The notes beneath the pieces were generated by a model. That model was not told where the DNA came from, made no database searches, and worked only from the letters and a program-made list of their open reading frames with translations. Position numbers and translations under genes: made by a program. Of a DNA stretch of 64,000 nucleotides, positions 58,437-64,000 are shown piece after piece (positions within the stretch are counted from its first letter, which is position 1; each line of letters begins with the position of its first letter). Source of the DNA: a virus (lineage: Duplodnaviria; Caudoviricetes); the IMG/VR virus record IMGVR_UViG_2627853687_000001, positions 1 through 64,000 of that record. One strand, written 5' to 3'.

Positions 58437-59330
58437 GTGTCTATAGTAGCTAATAGCGCCGATCCCGGCAACACTTTTCCCGCATATCGCTCAAATAACG
58501 AGCACAGATCTATCCGAATTTCCGGCTTCAATCTCACTCACATAATCGAACTTTCCCCACTACCAAAATCACTTACACGCGTTTTGAAATTTGCCTGCAA
58601 CCTGGCTGGTTCAACATCTGACTTCATCATCGTTAAGTCACTCAGAAATCTGGCTGAAGATGCGGGGTGCAGTATCTCTACCGTTCAGCGCGCTTATCGC
58701 TTAGCCGTCAAGCTGGGTATCCTCAGCTATGAAGAACAGCGAGACGCTAAAAATCATAGCGTCAGCAAGCCCAGTAAATACAAATTCACCAGCAAAGCGC
58801 TGTCGTTTGTTCGTGCAAGTCTGGATGCACTGAAAGAAGCCAATCTGGAGCCTTCCGGACGTCAAACTATTGTCAGGAAAGTTGTTGCTAAAGTATTCTT
58901 TAAAAACGATTTTTTTCACGTCATCCCTAGTCAAAATGAACAGGCCACCCCTGGTCAAAGTGACCAACAAGAAGTAAGAGATCACTCCAGTAAAAGAAAA
59001 ATATTAAATGTGGAACCATCAAATTCTGACACGCTGGAAATGACTACAGACAAGCCTGAGACGTCAGCACCTGCTAAAAAGTTTGGTTTTTATCAGAATA
59101 CACAGAAGCAATTGGCAGCCGCATCGTCAGCTGCACAGAGCGAACGTCGCGCAGAAGAATTTCAGCGCAAAGGCGGAATACTGCATGAAGCGTATCAGGC
59201 GTTGAAGTCCAGTTTTAAAACTAAGTCCACTGGTGATCGAAGCCCAAAAAGCCGCCGCTATGTTGACTCGTTAAGCGGCGACTACTCAAACGTTGACTAT
59301 GCGATCCCTGAAGGCTGGCGCGGCTGTTAG
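58437..59330 (+). CDS. repL: Lytic replication initiator RepL
   Basis: NLAGSTSDFII.K..R.LAEDAGCSISTVQRAYR.AVKLGIL HTH; ends YAIPEGWRG like P1 RepL. Confidence 0.85.
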   Translation: MSIVANSADPGNTFPAYRSNNEHRSIRISGFNLTHIIELSPLPKSLTRVLKFACNLAGSTSDFIIVKSLRNLAEDAGCSISTVQRAYRLAVKLGILSYEEQRDAKNHSVSKPSKYKFTSKALSFVRASLDALKEANLEPSGRQTIVRKVVAKVFFKNDFFHVIPSQNEQATPGQSDQQEVRDHSSKRKILNVEPSNSDTLEMTTDKPETSAPAKKFGFYQNTQKQLAAASSAAQSERRAEEFQRKGGILHEAYQALKSSFKTKSTGDRSPKSRRYVDSLSGDYSNVDYAIPEGWRGC

Positions 59331-59818
59331 TCGGTAATTACACCTCCGGCTTTCTGGTAGGCATTGAGTAGCGTCTCAATGGCATGCGTTTTCTGACCAT
59401 ACGGCGATCCGGTCAGTGAGGCCCAGATATCGTTAGTTTTACCAATTGCCGTGCGGATACGTCCGGCCAGTACGTCAGCATAAGCACCCTGCTCTTTCAG
59501 CAGCTGATCGAGTAAGCGCTCTTGTGAGGCAGGACTAAAATCAGGCAAGTTCAGCTGTTTTTTGTAGGCAGGCCAGTAGCGGTAAAGCTGCTGATAACGA
59601 CCCGCTGCGGTGGATGCCAGGCCATGGTTGTTAAGCTCTTTTGCACGGCGATGTGTAAACGGGTGATCGCTGAAGTCGGTAAAGACTTCGCCCTGCTTTT
59701 CGCCCAGCCCTGTCACAATGACGTCATAGCCATTCATGCGGGTTAACGGGTGTGTGCTTGTGCCTTCGGAAAAGGCCAGCATGTCGCCAAAGGCTATACG
59801 ATTTGGGGATTGATCCAT
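59327..59818 (-). CDS. Endolysin, lambda R-type lytic transglycosylase
   Basis: AFSEGT, GYDVIV, FTDFSDHP, STAAGRYQ, LPDFSPASQ, IWASL.GSPYGQ. Confidence 0.9.
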   Translation of the reverse strand: MDQSPNRIAFGDMLAFSEGTSTHPLTRMNGYDVIVTGLGEKQGEVFTDFSDHPFTHRRAKELNNHGLASTAAGRYQQLYRYWPAYKKQLNLPDFSPASQERLLDQLLKEQGAYADVLAGRIRTAIGKTNDIWASLTGSPYGQKTHAIETLLNAYQKAGGVITD

Positions 59819-59913
59819 GGTGGTTCCGCTCTCTGTGTTGATGAAGAGCCGGACTGTATGAAGTTTGTAATTTGCAGTGGTTGAAAAAAAGACCGCATTG
59901 CGCGGCAATCGTA

Positions 59914-61238
59914 TGTTGGCTCATAGCGGACATTAAGCAACTACCGTCCGCTATGTGCCAGAAGTGGAAGTTGCTAACCTTCTATTGGTAAGCATAAAAA
60001 ATACCTGCCTTCCGAGGAGGAGGGCAGGTATAAAACGCGATGGTAGCGTATTGTGCTGTTATATAGTTTTCGATGTTGTGAGGAAGACGCCTGGCAATCC
60101 CGTCAGACATCCTCCCGTCACTGAGCGGTAGGAGCGCTCACCTATGACACAACACTATCTATATTAATTACTTAAGAGTCAGTCGCAAGCGTAAGCGGTA
60201 AATTGATTAAAACCCGACGGAAAAAAACTGGCGAGGGACCGACATGTACCGCGCCCATCTCTGCAGGCTTAGTGATGGGTGATTCGAAAAGGTCCGGCAT
60301 ATCTGCTTTGTGCCAGAAGCGGACGTTAACTTTGTTCAATGTATCACTCCTGAAATTGGACAGAACAATTTTCAACCACACGTGTTTCTGTTTTCCGTTC
60401 AGAGTGGAAAAATCATTGCATATTAATGGGGTGTGTTTATTTTTGGTGCTTAAATCAACAGCATATATGGCTCTTTAATGATGCAAGTGATACTTGTTCG
60501 ACACGCTGAAACAGAGTGGAATGTTAAGGGCATTATTCAGGGACATTGTGATAGCGCATTGACTCGTCGGGGGGAGCGCCAAACATCAGCCTTACTGGCA
60601 GCGTTTTCAGCGAGTGATTACCATATAGAATGTGTTTACGCTTCTACACTTGCCCGAGCCTGGCACATGGGGCAGAGCCTGGCGGAGAACTTTGGTTGCT
60701 CACTGATAGCTGAGCCGGCTCTGAAAGAACAGTCATTTGGTCAGTTTGAAGGCATGACAACCGTACAACTCCTGCAGCACAATCCGGACGCAGCAAAGGC
60801 GTTATTCAAACTTGATGCAGAGTATTGTCCGCCAGGGGGTGAGTCTCTCTCACTTGCATCGCAGCGAATTATGCATTTTTTATCCAATCTGGAAAAAAAC
60901 CCACATCGTCAAACAATTTGTATTGTGTCTCACGGGCGGGTCATTCAGGGCGTGCTTGCGATTCTAAAAAGTGGAGCTGTGGATGATTTTCACAGGTATG
61001 CACAACCCAACGCGAGTTACTCCGTTTTTGACCTGATTAATGGAAGATGTGTCGCTCTCAGGTGGGGAATTGCTACACATTTACGTCTGCTGGATTAGCC
61101 GTTACCTTTCAGTCATTCAAAGCTATCATGATTTAAGCACAGGGTCCGCTCTTCGCTCAAAGCAGACGGTCAAATTTAATGATGTGATGCCAGTAAAACC
61201 GTCAGCTCAAGTCTGATCTGACGCATTATGAGCCATCA
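59914..61238. mobile_element. Cassette-like insertion carrying palindromic GTCCGCT..GCCAnAAGCGGAC repeats
   Basis: Related units at 59918-59972, 60301-60327, 61144-61167; terminal IR TGTTGGCTCATA/TATGAGCCATCA. Confidence 0.5.
60478..61098 (+). CDS. Histidine phosphatase (phosphoglycerate mutase family)
   Basis: LVRHAETEWN, STLARA, LKEQSFGQFEG, PGGES, IVSHG. Confidence 0.9.
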   Translation: MMQVILVRHAETEWNVKGIIQGHCDSALTRRGERQTSALLAAFSASDYHIECVYASTLARAWHMGQSLAENFGCSLIAEPALKEQSFGQFEGMTTVQLLQHNPDAAKALFKLDAEYCPPGGESLSLASQRIMHFLSNLEKNPHRQTICIVSHGRVIQGVLAILKSGAVDDFHRYAQPNASYSVFDLINGRCVALRWGIATHLRLLD

Positions 61239-61242
61239 AAAA

Positions 61243-62619
61243 TTAGGCCTGTACAGGAGTGCTGACAGACTCGAACATGGCAAAGTTCAGGCCTTTTCCT
61301 TCACCAAATTCCTCTTCGATCTCCCCGGATACGGCGGTCAGGACGTCTGTCAGCGTCAGCTCACCGCCACCGAACATATCCCCCAGCGCCTGCTGCTGGT
61401 GTAACAACTCGTCGTTGATCATCTGCGCCATCTTTTTAAACGCGGCCCCGATACGTTTTGCGCTGCGGTTGTTTGCCACGATAAACAGCGCCAGCGCTTC
61501 GGCCTCTTTGCTGGATTCTTCAAATAATCCCTGCTGCGCCAGTACTTCCTGTATGGCCTGTCCGCTGTCTTTAGCCTGGCGAACCAGCTTGATAGCATCC
61601 TGCAACGCGGCGATTGCCTGCTGATCGAGACCATCAACCGACTGCACACCATCCACCAGCCCGGTGACGGCCTGCCGGTGAACGTCGCCGGATAGCATCT
61701 GCATCTGTGCAAACTCGCTTGCCGCCGTGTTGAGCGCTGTTAGGATATTGCGCATTTCCGGGTCCGGCTCTTCGGATACCAGCTTAACCAGCCGTTCGTC
61801 TTTGTAGGCACGGGCAAAGATCGCATTCTGCATGCGGTCAATCAGCTGCTTCGTCGGGCGCCCGTCTTCGGTCAGTAGGCCTGCGGTCGCTGTGTCGCCA
61901 ATCTCTTTCATGAATGCCCGGATAAAGCCGTCGTTTGAGCGTGCCAGAAGGTTGCCGTCGTCGGACGGATTGAAGATGGCCATCAGACGCTCATCGAGCA
62001 TTTCGGCATCGACAAAGGCCTTCTCACTCGCCGCCATTTCCTGCAAATCGGAGAGGTTGGAGTCTTTCGCAAACTGCGCACGGTCAACGTCGGTAATGCG
62101 CTCACGCACCAGTACCGGCATATCCATCTGCGCGATATCCGACGCTTTAAGGCCGAAATCTTTTGCGTGCTCAATCAGATACTGGCGGTACTCGTCGGCC
62201 TGCCCCTGCTCATAGGCGCGGGTGATCCCCATCGAGCGCCCGTTACCCGACTCAACCACGTTATCTGCGCCCACGATTGGCGCGCCGTGGCTGCTCATGC
62301 CTGAATCAGTCAGCTTTGCCGGTCGGAGGTTGCCCGCGATTTTAGATACCTGCACTTTACTGGTCAGGCGCGTGCGGTCGCGTGGCTGCAACTCAGCCGG
62401 GAAAAGCGGGTTTATTGTGCCGTCGAGGTTGTTAGAAATAATCAGGTGGCGCGCATCAACCACCTTAAACGCCGTCTTTACCTCCTGCCCTTTGCCGGTA
62501 ACGACATATGACGATCGCCCCGTTGTGGTCTGTGCTTTACGCAGTGAGCCCACCAGCCCGATCAGGGCAAATATGCTGCCAGCGTCGCTCAGCAGATTTC
62601 GTAATTTCTCGTTAAGCAT
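61243..62619 (-). CDS. ddrB: DdrB-like protein (ParB-superfamily domain)
   Basis: ELQPRDR, GAPIVGADNVVESGNGR; darA-ddrA-ddrB order. Confidence 0.75.
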   Translation of the reverse strand: MLNEKLRNLLSDAGSIFALIGLVGSLRKAQTTTGRSSYVVTGKGQEVKTAFKVVDARHLIISNNLDGTINPLFPAELQPRDRTRLTSKVQVSKIAGNLRPAKLTDSGMSSHGAPIVGADNVVESGNGRSMGITRAYEQGQADEYRQYLIEHAKDFGLKASDIAQMDMPVLVRERITDVDRAQFAKDSNLSDLQEMAASEKAFVDAEMLDERLMAIFNPSDDGNLLARSNDGFIRAFMKEIGDTATAGLLTEDGRPTKQLIDRMQNAIFARAYKDERLVKLVSEEPDPEMRNILTALNTAASEFAQMQMLSGDVHRQAVTGLVDGVQSVDGLDQQAIAALQDAIKLVRQAKDSGQAIQEVLAQQGLFEESSKEAEALALFIVANNRSAKRIGAAFKKMAQMINDELLHQQQALGDMFGGGELTLTDVLTAVSGEIEEEFGEGKGLNFAMFESVSTPVQA

Positions 62620-62662
62620 TTTGTTCCCAGGAATAAAAACCCCGCCGAAACGGGGTTGATGT

Positions 62663-63058
62663 TTAAGCAGCGAGGCCGCTGGCGGCTATCCAGCTGGCGG
62701 TCTGTTGTCTCGCGTCGTCGAGCTCCAGATAAACGCCGATGTAGTCACCGACACGGCGCAGCGTCTCAACAAAATCCAGTTGCGCCTGGCTGATGAACTT
62801 ACCGGCCAGAAAGTCAGTAACAACTTCGGGAACGGGCTGATCTTCCTTCACGGGTTCCGGCTGTGGCTCAGTGACCGGCGCGGGTGCCGGTTCGCTGGTG
62901 GCGGGTGCTGGCGCAACGCCATAACCCAGCTGGAGCATGATCGCCTCCATCTGGTCATTGAGATCCAGAAGGTCCAGCCCCTTAACAGTCGGGGCTTTGA
63001 TAATCAGCTCGTCCAGCTGGTCGGCTAAATCCAGCTTTTGCAGTGCGGTTAAGGTCAT
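62663..63058 (-). CDS. ddrA: DdrA
   Basis: MTLTALQKLDLADQLDELI...IMLQLGYG...DFLAGKF...QTASWIAA matches P1 DdrA. Confidence 0.8.
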   Translation of the reverse strand: MTLTALQKLDLADQLDELIIKAPTVKGLDLLDLNDQMEAIMLQLGYGVAPAPATSEPAPAPVTEPQPEPVKEDQPVPEVVTDFLAGKFISQAQLDFVETLRRVGDYIGVYLELDDARQQTASWIAASGLAA

Positions 63059-64000
63059 GCGGCCACCCCGTTACGCTGCACGGCCACCAGCAGATCGCTA
63101 AGATGCTGCACGGCGTCATTGACCAGCGATTCGTTTTCATCGAATACACCCGCGGCCGTCAGTGCGGCAATGGCCTCACGGACCTGGGTACGGCCAGCAC
63201 GGATCACGTCCATATCGTCGGTATCGAGCGAAGTCAGCCCCTGAAGGTAATCAATCGCCTTCTGCGCCTGGGTGTCTGCTTCCGGCACTGGCTCAGGCTG
63301 CGGTTCTGGTTGTGGCTCTGGCTGCGGGGCTGGCTCTGGCTCAGAGGTGCTTAGTTCCTCCACCAGCGGAATACGCTTGCCGGTGATCATCGCGGCTTCT
63401 ACAGCCTTCAGATAATCAGGGCTTTGATTAACCTCCACATAGTCCGCCGCTTGCTTCATCTGATCACTGCCATAACCCAGCGCTTCGGCCCAGGCATTTA
63501 CCAAGTCTGACGCCCAGCCTACAAGATCGCCCAAGCGTTTCGCCGCCATCCAGAACGGGTCTATGTTTTCACGATCGTCAGTCACGTCGGTCTCCTCCTG
63601 CTTTGGTTCACCTGCTGCAAGGATCTGCAATCTGGCGTTAATGGCCTGATTGAAATAGGTCAGGTCTTCACCTTCCGGGTAGGCCACGCCAGTCAGGTTT
63701 TTACGGGCAACCATGCGCACCTGTTTTGCGTAGGTGTCCGGGTCTTCTGAGAACATTTCCAGATACTGTGCGGCGTAATCGCTCATCTTGTCGGCCACGT
63801 TTACGGCCAGCGCATCGAGATCCGCATGCGTAGGGATCAGCTTCAGCTCAAAGTCAGCAATCTCTTTGTCAGTAAGCGGACGGTCGTAGGAAATAATGCC
63901 GTTACGCGCAACGCCGCTGTATGGCAGGCCTTCTGCTGGCTGGTCTGCAACGGAAGCATATTCAGGCGGTACCGCGCCGATACCCACTGGCCGGTTTACC
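63055..64000 (-). CDS. darA: DarA antirestriction/internal head protein, 3' part (runs off the right edge)
   Basis: RPVGIGAVP..RNGIISYDRPLT; ends KAIDYL..VREAIAAL.AAG.FDENESLVN.AVQHLSDLLVAVQRNGVAA like P1 DarA. Confidence 0.85.
   Translation of the reverse strand, partial: VNRPVGIGAVPPEYASVADQPAEGLPYSGVARNGIISYDRPLTDKEIADFELKLIPTHADLDALAVNVADKMSDYAAQYLEMFSEDPDTYAKQVRMVARKNLTGVAYPEGEDLTYFNQAINARLQILAAGEPKQEETDVTDDRENIDPFWMAAKRLGDLVGWASDLVNAWAEALGYGSDQMKQAADYVEVNQSPDYLKAVEAAMITGKRIPLVEELSTSEPEPAPQPEPQPEPQPEPVPEADTQAQKAIDYLQGLTSLDTDDMDVIRAGRTQVREAIAALTAAGVFDENESLVNDAVQHLSDLLVAVQRNGVAA

Noticed and set aside
60172-60478. ORFs containing NVRFWHKADM / SALCQKRT
   Set aside because: Spurious translations of the palindromic repeat
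63283-63345. Short tandem repeats in darA
   Set aside because: Encode a Pro-Glu/Gln linker; ordinary low-complexity coding

Overview
This is a 64-kb segment of a P1/D6-like temperate phage-plasmid, probably from Pantoea or another Erwiniaceae host. That host guess is inferred from a lox-type site that closely resembles the Panto/pox site as I recall it. Recognisable P1-family modules are: a plasmid replicon (DnaA boxes, GATC repeats, 5 iterons, repA, incA-like array); a Cre-family recombinase with a lox/pox-like site; the c1 repressor; pacA/pacB with an internal TGATCA pac array; lpa; tail/baseplate genes 5-6-24-7-25-26; mat, ref, rdgC; darB/ulx and darA/ddrA/ddrB antirestriction; portal, protease, repL and an endolysin. 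Accessory cargo includes two Pol V (umuDC) sets, SRAP, two type II TA pairs, an acyltransferase-3, a dUTPase, an actin-type ParM/ParR pair, HEPN and Mrr-like candidate defence genes, and three DUF2829/Tad2-like genes. The most notable unannotated signals are non-coding: (1) a ~1.7-kb array of hairpin + tRNA-mimic RNA modules, including a CCA-ending tRNA with no anticodon arm (40.05-41.7 kb); (2) an unannotated divergent sRNA/43-aa peptide pair with the layout of a type I toxin-antitoxin (11.3-11.95 kb); (3) a complete c4 antisense switch that controls a Tad2-like gene rather than icd/ant (56.4-56.9 kb); (4) a recurring TCTAAG-type operator at about 11 promoters. All homology calls come from recognising motifs and recalled P1 proteins; no database search was run.
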